Assembly (NCBI RefSeq): GCF_009914755.1
Contig: NC_060926.1
Origin: the human T2T-CHM13v2.0 reference genome, Homo sapiens
Strand: one strand, 5' to 3'
Length of the DNA: 64,000 nucleotides
The notes under the pieces are model-generated. The model searched no databases. It was not told the DNA's origin and was given only the letters and a program-made list of their open reading frames with translations. The position numbers and the translations under genes were made by a program. Below, one piece after another: positions 13,951 to 30,701 of this stretch. How positions within the stretch are numbered: position 1 is the first letter of the stretch; each line of letters opens with the position of its first letter.

Positions 13951-16229
13951 AATCTAGTTTTATGTGGATTCTATGAAGATATTTTAGTGGTTACAGCTCA
14001 GTTACATGCAATGCTTATATTTCTACAGGCTTCAACATTTCCTGATGGCAGTTAGGGTTAGCCATAAATGTTGATGGAATAAATAAGCAAATACGTGGTA
14101 TGATTTCAGGGATGTAAGGAAAACCTTGATGTTGATAACAAATCCTTTCTCACATGCGGGCTGATTAGCATGTGATTGTTAGCACATCACCTGGCTACTG
14201 TTCAGTCTTCCATAAAAGTTAGTAACTTAGCATAATCACCATCATTAATAGTAACCAAAATGTAAGATAATTATAAGATAATAAATACTTTGGAAATTAC
14301 ATACTTCCTTTTATAGGCATTTTATGCCTTTATTTCACTAAGAAGTAGGTTGTACCTTCCGTTGTAAACCATGCTGAATTTGATTTTGAGTTTACACATA
14401 CTGCTGACAGGCATAATGAATTTCTGGCTTCAACTATTTTTTCTGGTGAAAGAGAAATGAACATACCACCACTTAATTTTAGCTATGCAAACCTAATTGC
14501 CCATGCCTATCTGAAGGGGGTGTTACCCTGTCCTATTTGTATAGGCTGCCCCTAATCCAAACTGGCACACAAATAACAGAACTAGTATTCTGATTGGCTT
14601 CAGTTTGAAATAGAAGCTGCAGCTAATGAGCTGCTGAAAACCTGAGGGTCACAGCTGTCCCGAGTGGAAATCACCTCTAACTGAAAGCTAGACCACAGCC
14701 CTCAGTGAATTGAGAATTCTTGTGTCAACTCTTTAATTTTCAGGGGCTCCTGTGCTAAAACCAAATGAGTAAAAGATGAAATGGTTCTGCCGTCAGTAGG
14801 AAATGTCAGTGACATACACAGTAACAGAAAGAGACAAAATTATGAAAAGCAACTTGGAAAATTCTGACATTGTATTGAATCAGTCCATTTGGATTTAAAA
14901 AATAAGGATTTGTGTTTTCTTGGTCACTCTTCAAACTAGAACCATTTATTAAAGGACCATAAAATCTGTTTATAATGGAAATGCCAGCTACAACTTAGTC
15001 CCTTTATAATTATGAGACTAAGTATAATGTAAATGGAACCAGATCAGATATTTTCTTCTCAGTTTACTGCAAAATAATTGTTCCAAAAATATTTCTTTTG
15101 CATAGGCCTAATAAAAGATAGTATTTTAAAACATTTCAATGCATCTAAAAGGCTCTACAACATTAATTCTTATAAATGCGTCTCCTTAATTTTTTCTTTT
15201 TGGATATTTGCGTACAAATGACTCTTCCATATCTGTTCTGTTAAATGAAGTAAATAATGTAATTAGAAATAATCTACAGGTGTATGGACCAAATAATTAA
15301 TAGTAGTTTCTGCTGTTTGAGGGAGTGGTCTGTACGCTTGGATTTGTTTGGATTTCACTACCTTTTTTGCAGAGTTCTGTGGCCTTTCAAGTGACCGAAA
15401 AAACAGTCCTGGAAGCTTATCAAGAATACCATTGTGTGTTTTACTGGGGAATCTGAACTCTACCATGCTTGAATAAAATACAAAAATAGCAACAAAGAGA
15501 ATAACACATTCCCTAAGACTTGATGAAAGCTAGAACAATAGGAAGTTTTTGTACCAAACAGAAAGATAAATAAATACGAGCACTAAGCTAACGTCTGTTC
15601 ACAGGATGAAGCCAAAGCCGAGGAAAGAGGCAGCTTTTCTACCTTGAAGACCTAGCTCTCTTCCCTGCCCCAAACACTGTTCCGTCTCACGCCACTTATT
15701 CCCACAACCTTGTATTAAATTCTACCTTCCCCATGAAACCACTCCAGCTAAATTAATTTCTCTTTCTCCATGAATATGTCTATGGTACTTTCACGATCAG
15801 TGTCTTTCATCTGGGGACTTAATTACTCAGATAGTGCCTTGATGTTGTGACTTCACTGTTATTTAACTGCTTTGTGAGTCTACCAGGGTCATTTTGTTCT
15901 CTATATATTGTACATCATATATTTCTGGAGGCCAAGAATGCCTTTTACATTTTGTGTGTGTGTCCCTTCCAATGCCAAGGACAGAGGCACACAGTAGACA
16001 GGGAAGCTAGCCAGGTGGAGCAGAGCCATCTTGATGCTATGTGACGTGGTTCCTGCAAATCCTATGAGATCCACGGCCTCAGTATTGCTAACTGAGTGGT
16101 CCTTTTCAGTCAGCTGAGAAGTGACGCGTACCATCCCTATGACTCCCCCAAATGAGTGGGATCTCATACTACAGTTAATGATTGAAGGGCACACAGCATG
16201 CTGGGTATGGGGAATCGCACAAAGGCACA

Positions 16230-16365
16230 CCACTGGAGTGGGAGCCCCAGCTCCATGGCTTCCTAGCTATATGACCAGGGCAAATGACTGTATATACATT
16301 TGTATATACACACTTGTGTATGTATTAGTTTCTTCAATTGTAAAATGGAGATTAAAAATAATAAG
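16230..16365 (+). mobile_element. MIR fragment
   Basis: CCCAGCTCCATGGCTTCCTAGCTATATGACC...AGTTTCTTCAATTGTAAAATGG. Confidence 0.55.
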
Positions 16366-16369
16366 AGGT

Positions 16370-16575
16370 AATCATTCAGCACTTACTATGTGTGAAGCCT
16401 TGTTTCAAATTCTTTAAAGGTTTCAACTCACTAAATCCTCACATCCACCTTCTGAGGTAGGTATTACTACCTCCATTTCACAGATGAGGAAACTGAGGCA
16501 GAAAGAGGATAAGTAACTTCCCCAGAGTTACACAGCCAAGCAGCAACACTGGAATGCACATCCAGGCAGGCAGAG
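16370..16575 (-). mobile_element. MIR SINE
   Basis: CCATTTCACAGATGAGGAAACTGAGGCAG...AAGTAACTTCCCCAGAGTTACACAGC. Confidence 0.8.
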
Positions 16576-17559
16576 CATACATACAAAACTGCTAAGTTAT
16601 GTTGCCTGTTATGAAATTTAACTCATATGATTTTTTAAATATTAAACAGATTAATACATTTAAAACATTTAAAATATATGTAATGTTTGAAATTAAATAT
16701 TAAATTTTTAAAAGTGGTTCTCACTAGCAATCATGCAATAAAAGTCCACTGTGTTATGTTTATACATATATCACAACTTGGGCTCTAAATTTCTTACAAC
16801 TAATTTAGACAAAAACTATCTTGAAAAGAACTTAATGTGCACCAACACAATCTCTGTCCTGAGGAAAACTTACACTCTTATGAGAAATATATACATATGT
16901 AAAAATATAAGCAAACTAACATTAAAAGCAATGCTAAATGATGAGGAAGAGCCTTGGAGCTGCAGGTGCCAAGTGCAAATGGCCCTGCTCTACCCACAGA
17001 GAGTCTTATCTCATAGAGGTCTGGAGAGCTGCCCTTTAACAGGTACCCAAGATTATATGAATGTAAATACTTCATAAACCATGCTTGATATACATTATAC
17101 AGGCCATGCTTGTGTAAGTACCACATTAATGTGACACTGTACTGTGCATAATGAGACATTGGTTGAGAAACTCGGAGGAAACACAGTAGAGAAAGACAGG
17201 CCCGGCTTAGGTGAGGGCAAAGCTCAGGAGGCCATAATGGCATTCCAAAATGAGGACATCTATAATTTACAGGGAAATCCATCCTCTGGCTCAGTTAAAA
17301 GAAGAATAATGACACAAATCAGAAAAACTAACAGCATTAATTATTCATCCGTTCCACCATGTTCTCTTAGGAGCCCAAATGTTCCATACATTAATAATTG
17401 AATCTTCTTCAAACCCTCAGAACTGTTGCAAGCAAGAACAGCAAGGTATGTGAATACCATTTAAATCATTGCTATTTTGTTTCTTTACCCACATTCCTTT
17501 TTCGCATGTTTCTTTTGTTATTACACAGAGATGAACTGTTCCTGTGATTATGTCATGAA

Positions 17560-17690
17560 TATATGTATTCATTCATTCATTCCTTTATTCATTCATTCCA
17601 CAAACATTTGTTGTACATGTAATCCAAGCATGGTGCTAGGCTCTATGGATAGAAATATGTCCACAATCTCACAAAGATGAAAATGAAACA
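17560..17690 (-). mobile_element. L2 3' end
   Basis: (ATTC)n-rich tail followed by CAAACATTTG...CCAAGCATGGTGCTAGG. Confidence 0.6.
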
Positions 17691-18436
17691 CTCATGGTCT
17701 GTCATGAAACACATACTACAGTAGAAGTAGGTAGGCTGCAAGTTATAGAAGGTACTCAGAGGAGGTCATGGCCAGTAAGGTAAGTGGCAAGCTCTCCAAG
17801 AAGGTTTCAGAGAGCAATGATAATTTCCTCATTGTCAGAGCTCACGTCAGCTTCCTCAAACACACTGCTGTTTTCGACACTACTCAATACTTCTGTGTTA
17901 GAATTTCCTTTTCTCCAAATGTTTGTGATAGGACCCTGAATATTTTTGCCTCTAACTTTCCATTAGTCTCTTTTTCAATTCCATTGATGGCACTTTAATG
18001 TTGTTGTTTAATGGAAAAATGTTTCTTTGGGTTATAGTCAGAGCTTCTTATTCCTCATTGTGTTTTAGAATTACTGCAAAAACTTTTTAAAAAAAACATA
18101 CAGGCACTCCAGCCTTTCTTTGCCTCTTTGGGTTTGGGGCCTGAATATATGAGTCCTGTGGTTTATTTTTTTAAGTTCCTCAGTTGATTCTGATGCCAGC
18201 CCAGTTGAGAATCACCTACTTAGGCCTTCCTTCCTCTTCTCTACTGCTCCTTACAGAGATTGTTCATTTTCTTTTTCTTTTCTTTTTTTTTTTAACTTCT
18301 ACTTTAAGATCAGGGATACATGTGCAGGTTTGTTATATAGGTAAACTGTGTGTCACAGGGGTTTGGGATACAGATTATTTTGTCACGCAGGTAATCAGCA
18401 TAGTGCCTGATAGGTAATTTTTTGATCTTCACCCTC

Positions 18437-21042
<2,606 letters not shown>

Positions 21043-21499
21043 CCCTCATCCCATTGTTCACCCAAAATTAGCCCTGGTGTTTGTTGTTCCCTTCTTTGCA
21101 TCCATGTGTACTCAATGTTTAGCTCCCACTTATAGGTGAGAACATGCAAGATAAGATTGTTCATTTTCACCTCCTTTCCTCTCATGGTTTCCTGAACTGC
21201 CTAGAAACAGTCATCAGACTGAGAATACTGGATCAAGAAGTCACCATCCCAGACTTCCCACCCAGGATACCATGAGATCAATTCCACTATGAGCACTGGG
21301 CATTACAAGGCTGGTAACTCCACCTTGCCTTACATTCCTCCTGTTTTTGTTCACCTAAGAACTGGTCATCTGTCTGCTTTATAATCTTCCTATCACTGCT
21401 TCCCTTCCTTCCAAACTTCACAACTGTATCTCATGGAAATTCAGATTCATAGCAAATGAACTCTTCACTAACACTCACACTATACTTTATAAGTGCAGT

Positions 21500-22400
21500 C
21501 TGCTCATTTCCTGAACCCTCATCTCTCCCATACTAACAAAAGCTTCGCAGTCAGCATCTTCCATTTGCTTCAGTGGAACAACAGTTTACCCTTACTACTG
21601 CAGATTTTTCTCTTTACATTTGTTCATTAAACAATTGCAACTTTGGATCCAGCACCACTGCTCCCCTGAAACTATTTTAGCAAATTATGTCAGTGACCTC
21701 CAATCTGCCAATATAAAGGACATTCTGATTCAAAATGGTACCCTTTGGCAATCATGTAATAATACCAGTGGGATATCTGTTTTTCTTATCCTATAGGATT
21801 TAAGGTTTGGGATTATCTTCAACTTTTCCCTCACTATCTATGTAAAATTATTGATTCTAAAATATATTCTTTATAATTCATTACTTTATCAAAATATATT
21901 ATAGAAATATACTATGTTGCTATAACAAAACCTTTAAAATTTTATCCTGTTCACTCTCACTCAAAACCCCAGTCTAAATTCCAACGTCTATTAATAGTCT
22001 CCAAATACTTATTTTAACTCCCCAAATTTCCCATTCAAGTCCATCCCACATATAGTTATAAAGGCAACCTTCGTAAAACTCTATTTTGTTAAATCTACCC
22101 CCGCTTTAAAAACCCACTCTTGGCCACAATCAAATCTAACTGTGTAGCCCGGTGGGTACTGCCATTCAGCCCCAGCCCCTATTCTCCATAACAATGTAGC
22201 CTCATCTCATATTTGCTGACAGAGATCTTCATGTGCCCCATGTGTATTTTGCTTATATTTGTCTCAGCCAAATATCTCAGGATATTTGCTAATCCTGTAC
22301 TCTAATCTGGAATGCCAGTCTGATTCCTAATCTTTACCCATCACTTCTTTTGAGATCCAAATAAATACTTCCCTCTCTTGGGCTGATGACTATGAGCCAT
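21500..22400 (+). mobile_element. Degenerate L2 fragments
   Basis: CACCACTGCTCCCCTGAAACT...CAGTGACCTCC and later L2-like motifs; boundaries approximate. Confidence 0.45.
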
Positions 22401-22514
22401 CTGTCAGCATTTTGTATATAGTCTTCCATATATTATCTTGCCATGATTGTATTTTAAATATTAATAATACCTCTTTAAATAAGTTAGAGTAGCAATGACT
22501 AATAGTATTGTAGG

Positions 22515-22680
22515 CCATTGTGGGACTTGGGCATAGCCACTTCTGAATTTGTTTAATCATCTGTGAAATGAAAATATTTCCTATCTCACAAGGTTAATTT
22601 AAAGATTAAATATCTAATGCATCTAATACAATGACTGGCATATAGTAGATGATTCATAGATAGTAACCATTATTGCTTCT
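22515..22680 (+). mobile_element. MIR fragment
   Basis: GACTTGGGCA...CATCTGTGAAATG...CTGGCATATAGTAG. Confidence 0.6.
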
Positions 22681-24164
22681 ATAAGTTTTTCAAGGGGGTA
22701 AAAACTTTATTTTGCAATATTTCATATCCACAATCCTTTGTGTACCAACTCTGAGCTGGATACACAGAGGGTGTCCCATAGTTACATATTGGATCCATAA
22801 GTTAATCATGAACATTCTAGGAATTACAACAAAATCCTATTTGCAAGCTTAGCTGGGATTTTTGGTTAGAAGTATAAACATGATTTATTAAAAGGAATCA
22901 CTTACAATAACTAATAAATGGGTTATGATGGAAATTTCAGGGTTGAAAATGTTGTTTGATATCCCTGTGCTTAACTAACCCTTTTTGCAGGCCAGTTCTA
23001 AGTCTCAGGTGATATAGAAAGTTTTCTGTTCTTGGAAGAAAAAGAAAATCCACAATTTATAATTTTTTGTCTTTCTAATCTTGATTAATTATCCAATACT
23101 TTTTCCAGGTGTCTTGCTTAGTCCTGGAGAACAGGCTTTACCAGAGATTTAAATCTTTATCCCATTTGTATATGTAATATCCAGAGCATGATTCTCTCTT
23201 CTCTAAGCACAATACATTAAATGGCTATAAACACTGATAGAACACTGAAGTTATTAGAGATCATATTCTTAAATAACATATATATCTCCCCCTTTGCTTG
23301 TTATTCAGAACTTAGGCTGTCATCTACAACCACAAATGAAAATTAGTCATATGTGAAATATTTATAAATAAATTAATACCAAAAACAATTTTTAAGTTAA
23401 TTCATTTTCCAAATATGCTAACAGAAAGAAAATTCTTGCTTTGTATTATGCATTCGTCACTCAAGTAACAAAATACACAATCTTTAATGACCCGTTAACC
23501 AACATTAAGCAAAACTAACTATGGCATATTAACAAAATCCTTTTAGCTATTTTTAGAATCTGAATTGCATTTGGCCTCCCGTGTTGTTATCATTAAGAAA
23601 CATAACCATAAAAAATCCACTGAGCAATATTTGAGCAATGGATGAACACTGAACAACAAATTAATTACATATAATATTATTAGTGAAATGTGCATTAATG
23701 CTCCCAGAATTTGTAAACAGACAATTCACCATTTAATTACTGTCTTTTACTGCTAGCCTTTCAAACTGGATTAGTATATTTTCATTTCATTGTTGCAAAA
23801 TGCTTATATAATTCATTCATTTTAAAGAAATTACTTTTCTAAGTAAAATAATTGGAATAGTTACTACATACATATACAAATAAATTTACACACATACCTA
23901 TTTTTGAAAATATGACATTAGGAAAAATATTCCTACTCATCCTATGACAGTGTCTAATAATACTGCTTTATTAATTGCCTTCAAACATTTGCTACTAGAA
24001 ATAATTTGGCCTGGTTTTCTTTCTTTTCTTATCCTTGAAATAAATCTCATCTCACAATTTTCGTTTTCAGGCTCTGTATGCATTAGTTTGGTAAGCAGGC
24101 TTTTCCTGGGCTAAAAAAATGAACTATTTTCATTCCCAAAAGATTTAGTCTTCTTTATTCTCTA

Positions 24165-24890
24165 AATCTGCATTACCCAATATAGAGGGCCACTAGCCAC
24201 CTGAAAAATGACTTGTTCAAATTCTGATGTGCTATGAGTATAAAGTGTATACAGGACTTTGAAGTTTTAATATAAAAAAGACTAAACTATCTCAATTTAT
24301 AAAGATTAGATGCTAAGAGATAATATTTATATATATTGGGATAAATTAAACATATTATTAAATTATTTTCACTTGTTTTTTTTTCTTCTTGAGTAGTTTT
24401 CGTAGCTTATGATTTTTAAGGGTTTGGTTTCTTTCATCTAAGTGTTGAATATGTGCACAGAGTTGTTCATAGTATTCCTTTATTATGCTTTTAATATCTG
24501 TGGGGTTTATAGTGATACCCATCTTTTACGCCTAATATTAATAATTTTTGCCCTCTTTCTTTCCTTTCTCAGTCTGGCTGAGAAAGCATTTCAAAAAACC
24601 AGCTTTTGTTCTTACTGATTTTCCCTGTTGGTTTACTATTTTCAATTTCATTGATTTCTGCTTTTATCTTCATTTTTTCCATCATTCTGCTTGCTCTGGC
24701 TTTAATTTACTCTTATTTTTCTAGTTCCTTAAGGGAAAAGCTTAGATCATCAATTTGAGACATTTATTCTTTTGTAATGTAAACATTTAATGCTCCAGAA
24801 TTCATATATGGAGTACCAAAAAATTTAAATTACATATGCAGCTGACATTTGTGGCTTGTCTTATGCATTTCTATTTATTGCTGCTCCAAG
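24165..24890. mobile_element. MER3-like DNA transposon apparently interrupted by an antisense L1M fragment (~24400-24800)
   Basis: GCCACTAGCCAC...GATGTGCTATGAGTATAAA...GACTTTGAAG; resumes AAATTTAAATTACATATG...GTGGCTTG. The middle is T-rich antisense L1M. Confidence 0.55.
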
Positions 24891-26339
24891 AAGTATGACA
24901 CACTAGCAAAGTGTTTTCTTTTCAACATGTTAATAAAAGTTTAATAGCCTATGGTATCACTGAACCTAAGAATCTCAGGCACTCAAAGCAGTCAGCAATA
25001 GCCTTGGGTGGTTTGGGTTTCTCCAGTTTCAACTACGGAAATACTTAGGATGGGTTTTGAGTTGGCTGTTAAAGTGCAAAACATGTCTTATGAAACTGAA
25101 TTTGAGAGCTTGTGGTTCTTCAGAGTTTCCTGTCTACTGACAGAGTAGTTAAACTTACTTTTAAAAAAAATCACAGAACCATCTATACAATATGAGTTAT
25201 AGAGCTGAAAGGTGAGACTGCTCTCTCAACTTCTCTGTCTTCCCACTTTACTGGCTTGACTCAGTGCCTGAAATTTGTACCCTGGAAACCCCCCTTACTG
25301 GTTCTCTGGCATTAAAGCAGGGGCTTTAGGTTCCTCACTCTGCTGTGCACATCCTCTCATGGCACCTGTAGGACCAAGCAGCAGAAAGGATGGGGAGAGA
25401 AAAAAAGCAATGTGAATTCATTCCAAGCTCTGGGACCATTGATCTTCTGGCCAGTTTTCCCCTCTCTTGGAGGTTTAGGCATCTGCCTGGTTGCTTCCAC
25501 TTTCACTATCACGACTGCCATTTGGGGATGGGGGTGGTGGTGGCTTGGACTGAGGCAGAGACAATAGAAACACAAAAAGCAAAAAACAAAAGCAAGGGAT
25601 TTTCCCTCTCCCTCTCTGACCCTTGGATCCTTTTTCCTCTGCTCACAACTAAAAGAGAGGGCTTTTCTGGAACTTTTTCTGTCCACATCTGGTACGTATA
25701 TCAGGGTGTCAGTTTGTCTTTGAATTCAACCGGGAAATACCAGAGCAAGGACATATGAAAACACTGCTGGTTTGGTGGTATTTGGATTTCTAATCCTTTC
25801 CCCTAATCTATCTGCCGGCATTAACTCTTCATCATCCTTGTCATACATGTATTCCACCTGGGTTTATAGTTGCAGTTAGTGGAGACAGGGTGGAGGATGT
25901 TCATTTCATCTTTCCTGGTACTAGAACCAGTAAAAAAGACAAAAATTCTAATTTCGCTCAAGGACCTAAGTTTCAAATATATGGTAGCAAGGAGATGGAG
26001 GACACAGAAAATTTGGAGAACAGGGCTAATCATAGAGTCAGAAGTTTGCTTTATTCTCCAGAAGAGTAATAGCTAGATGAACTTGTCATGAGAATGACAT
26101 AGCCATGCCACTTGAAATCTCTAGTGTTTTACACATTTATACATTATTATATATCTCAGAATATTATATATATATATAATATATAATATTATATATATTA
26201 TAAAGTCTATAGTTTAGAAAAGATGCATTCTGGCTAAGGCTAATCAGGCAGAAGTCATAGTGGACTTAAAACACACAGACAAACCAAAACAAAAGAAAAG
26301 AAAATGCTCTCATTCTAGGCTAAGTCCAATACATATGGA

Positions 26340-26642
26340 CAGTTGGTTCTTCACATCCACATCCACAGATTTGATAAACCATGTATAAAAATATTCAGAA
26401 AGAAATAACATAACAAAAATTAATACAAATATGAAACCAATGTGCCATGATATTTGCATAATGTTTACATTATTTTATATATTATAAGTCATCTATAGAT
26501 GATTTAAAGTATAAAGGGGGATGTGCATAGCTTATATTGCAAATACTATGCCATTTTATAAAAGGGACTTGAGCATCAGTGAATTTTGATATCTTCAGAG
26601 ATCCTGGAACCAATCCCACACAGGTACTGAGAGACAATTTTA
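26340..26642. mobile_element. MER2/Tigger3-type DNA transposon
   Basis: CACATCCACAGATT...GGGACTTGAGCATC...CCTGGAACCAATCCC...GTACTGAGAGAC. Confidence 0.7.
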
Positions 26643-27204
26643 TGTCTTTTCTAGAGTAGAAAGATCTGTTACCTTCTGGACAGAATACAAAAGTATATTT
26701 TTATCCTAATATTTAATCTTACTCAGACATATTGAAGACTGGGAGTAGGGGATGGATGGATTCTGTGTCCACTTTATCTCTGTCATTTTCATTTATATTG
26801 AACTGTCAGAGTTTTGTCCTGTCTGTCTAAATCTCAGACCTAGAACCTTTTTGTCATACTAATAAGAACTATGGGTTCTATTTTCCATGAAAAAATTTTG
26901 TTTGTAGGTTTATATTTTAAAGGACTACCTTCTAAATAGAAAATTAATAGCTGGAGACTACAGGCCTATGATTTCAAAAATGCTAGCTATGATCCTGGCC
27001 TTTCAAATAGAAATGTTTTTAGTGACAAATAACATAAAGCCCAACCAACACTGGCTTAAACTTCTGAATTTATCTATGTCACAAGTAAGAAGCCTGGGGC
27101 TCAGCATAATATTTCACAGTATGAAAAAAGCATAAATTACTAATTTAAAACTTTATTTCTCCTGTTATTATATATTGTTTTGTTTCTAGTTAAGTTGTTC
27201 TACT

Positions 27205-27678
27205 AAAAACACATATGTTCATTGCGGCACTATTCACAATAGCAAAGACATGGAATCAACCTAAATGCCCATCAGTGGTACACTGAATAAAGAAAATGTG
27301 GTATATAAACACCATGGAATACTATGCAGCAATAAAAAAGAATGAGATAATGTCCTTTGCAGTGACATAGATGGAGCTGGAGGCCATTATCCTTAGCAAA
27401 CTAAAGGAGGAACAGAAAACCAAATTTTGCGTGTTCTCACTTGTAAGTGGGAGCTACATGATGACAGATGGAAATGGACACATGGAGGGGAACAACAGAC
27501 ATTGGGTCCTAATGGAGGGTAGAGGGTGGGAGGAATGAGAGGATCAGGAAAAACAACTAGTAGGGTGCTAGGCTGAATACTTGGATGATGAAATAATCTG
27601 TACAACAAACCTCCATAACACAAGCTTCCCTAAAGAGCAAACCTGCACGTGTACCTCTGAACTTAAGTTTTAAAAAAT
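27205..27678 (+). mobile_element. L1PA15/16-like 3' end
   Basis: GGAATCAACCTAAATGCCCATC...GATGAAATAATCTGTACAACAAACC. Confidence 0.8.
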
Positions 27679-28589
27679 GTGAAAACATGGTCAATATGAG
27701 AGCAAAAGCATCTTTATATCAATATCTCTATGAGTGCTTTCATTTCCAAGGATAGTTTCCTGGAGGTGAAGCTAGTAGATCACAGAATGCATGCATTTTA
27801 CATTTGAATGCTTTCCGGTTTCCAAAAGGTTGTGTCAGTCCAAAGTCTCAACCAGTCTTTCCTCGCATTCTTACCATCATTGGATGTTATTGATATTTTG
27901 AATTCATAATGGTATATTAGGCAAATAATGGTGTATCTTTTTAATGATTGTTTCATTTCTCAGGTAATTCTGATGTTGATCTTCTTAAATGTTTACTGGA
28001 AATGTATTTCTCTTTTGTAAATAGTCCATTTTTATTGATTTTATTTGTATTTCTTATCAATATGAAGGATTATAACCATTTGATTTCCACGTAAATTGCA
28101 AATATTTTTCTCCCTATCTATTGTTTGTCCATTAAATTAGTCTATGGGTTCTGGAAAACTCATATTCATCTCCAGGACAGTTCAAATATCAGTTTTTCTG
28201 TCAAGGTTTTCCTGGAAGAACTAAATACCCTATTTTCCACAATATACCCATAATAGTTTGTGTAGATCTCTGTGTGCTGAATTATAACTACAACATTTTT
28301 CTGTCTATCAAGAAACTATATCAGAATGCAGGTCAAACAGTCTAACATTATGATAGTCATATCTTTGAATCTGTCCTCATTCATTCTTCATAAAGCAAAC
28401 CTCTCATAAATTCAGAATTTTCTTTTTATTTATCATTAGGATTATCACCCCATCTTTCACGTTAGAGAAACTCAGTTCCACTTATCCACTGTCTTCCCAT
28501 AAAAACTCTTGTTTTCTTCTGCCTGTGCCTTTTCATTTATAAGCACTGCCTTCAAAGTCCCTATAGGGTGCTCCTTCTGTATTTGCACT

Positions 28590-29086
28590 CTGTTCCAGTT
28601 GTGGCTGTGTAACACACCACCCCAAATTCTAGTAGCCTGGAATAGCAACCATTTACTTTGTTCATGATTCTCAATTTGGGCAGGACTCAGTGGAAAAGGC
28701 CTGTCTCTGCCCCATGCAAGTCAGCTGGGAGGCTCAACTGGGACTGGAGAATCTACTTCCAAGGTGGCTCATTCACATGACTGGAAGTTGATTGACTGTT
28801 GGATTTCAGCCAAAGCTGTTACCTGGGAGCCTCAGTTCTCCTCAACATGGGCTTCTCTACAGTGCTGTTTGACTTCCTCACAAGGTGGGTGGGTTCCCAG
28901 AGTTACAATTCCAAGTTTCAGGAAGTAAAAGCAGCCAGTCTCTTGAGGCCGGGGCCCAGAATATGGCACAGCATCATCATATTACTCTAAACAGTCACAG
29001 AGTCTCCAATTTTAAGGGAAGGGACATAGATCCCACTTCTCAGGAGGAGACATTTCAAAGAATTAGTAGCCATCTTTCATCTACCA
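28590..29086 (-). mobile_element. MLT1-family LTR (MaLR)
   Basis: GCTGTGTAAC...CCACCCCAAA...AATTTGGGCAGGACTCAG...ACTTCCAAGGTGGCTCATTCACATG...TCTACCA. Confidence 0.75.
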
Positions 29087-30701
29087 TAATATTCCTGAGT
29101 ACTGGGTCTTTTCAAAGTTGCCAAAAGAGTTGACAGTATTCACTATAACCAAGCCAGGTTCCGTTCCTTGCAGAAATATGGAGGACACCTCTCTTTTTTG
29201 CCCACTCTGTGTCATTTGGTGTTCCAGCAACAAAGGAGTATGGCGTGTGCCTCATCTTTTTCAAAGGCCCATCAGCCTCTGCTAAGAAGTCCAACCTTGA
29301 TTCCTGGGCCAGGACAGGGCCGAGGTCAGGAGTGTCTTTTCTAAATTTTCTTACTCTTCAGTCTCTGCCTACAAAATTCTCTCCTTCCAGAATTCTTGCC
29401 CCTTTGGTAAATCAACTCCCATCAACACTTCATTGGTTATGGTCATACTCTAAACTCCTGCTCAACCTGAACCGGTAACAAATTATTTGTGATATCCGGA
29501 ATATTATGTGCCCTAACTCCATGTTGAAGAAGCCTATTTTAATGGACACCGTAGACTCTCTTAAATCAACATGTCTCACATCCACTTGTGAAAACTATGT
29601 TTTACAGAATCGGCCAAGGCACTTTTCAAATGTAAAGAATGCTATTTAAACTTAAGCCCCTTGGACCACTGCACTGCTCCCTTCTAGTCACTGGAAATGA
29701 ACCAGGGAAAGAAACACTGTATAAACAAGGAAGTGCCAAGCGAGGCAGGGAAAGTCACCAGGAAGTTGTGCTGCCTCATAGTTGTGAGAACACTATTTTC
29801 ATTTTTTAGTGGAAAAAGTTCTCCATTTTCAAAACCCTAAAAGAGAAATTAAAGCACTGACTAATTCCCACTAGACCACAATTCCGGCATTGTTCCCATG
29901 TTGTTCCAGTCACCTTCTTCAAAATGCTCCATGCAAAATAAGGCCAGAACTTTACATACATAGAAGATGAGAACACCATCCATTTCAAACACAGATCAAT
30001 ACGTGTTTGAATTTGGAAGGTGCCAATTGATCTCACTCCTTTCTCTTCAAGATTCTGAATCAACTGAGAAATAGAAATCAGGGTGAGGGAAGGATAAGAA
30101 TATATGCTGTTATTACTGGTAAAGCTGGACTGGAGGATGGGGTTGATTTGCATTTCTGCATTTTCTCCCTGTAACCTATCCCATAGAACCTCCCTGTGGA
30201 GACAGGTGGATCTGAGGCACAGATACATAACTAGCTGCCCTAGGTGGGACTCTGGCCTGTGTCTGCCAAGTGGGGACATCTGGCCAGGTGAGGAGAAACA
30301 GAGAGAGAAGAGAACCTGCAACCCATAGTTCAGTGGATCTGTGGAAAGAGCCCTTGAGGCTTCCCCAGTCTCACCAATCAGGTGACACAGGCCTCCCTAC
30401 TTGTGTAGGAAAGAGAAAGTGAGGAGATATAAGTGGAAACATCTTCCCTAACACTTCTGAGAGAGTAAATTCTTGAAGGTGTGGGTCAACAGGAGCACAG
30501 GGAAAGAGATAAAGTGGCTCCTGTATAAACTAAGCATTTAGTGAAAAACACTGCTATGACATAGGTAATGTGAAACAGGTTAGTCCTCTTCTAACACTGT
30601 CTGAAAGTGTTTCTTCACATTCACAACACACATGCTATGAAATTTCCTCTAATATGTAAGTATAAATAATTCGAGTCACGCAGCTTTGGAATACATTCTT
30701 A

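Noticed and set aside
15263-15466. 67-aa ATG-initiated minus-strand ORF in unique DNA
   Set aside because: Length expected by chance; no homology recognised.
16230-16575. Oppositely oriented adjacent MIRs as a possible hairpin
   Set aside because: Too diverged to show extended complementarity by eye.
26161-26202. AT-only palindromes
   Set aside because: Trivial consequence of a short (TA)n tract.
29806-30321. 171-aa minus-strand ORF in intron 2
   Set aside because: No recognisable domain, no match to the recalled CCDC141 continuation, and no convincing splice sites.
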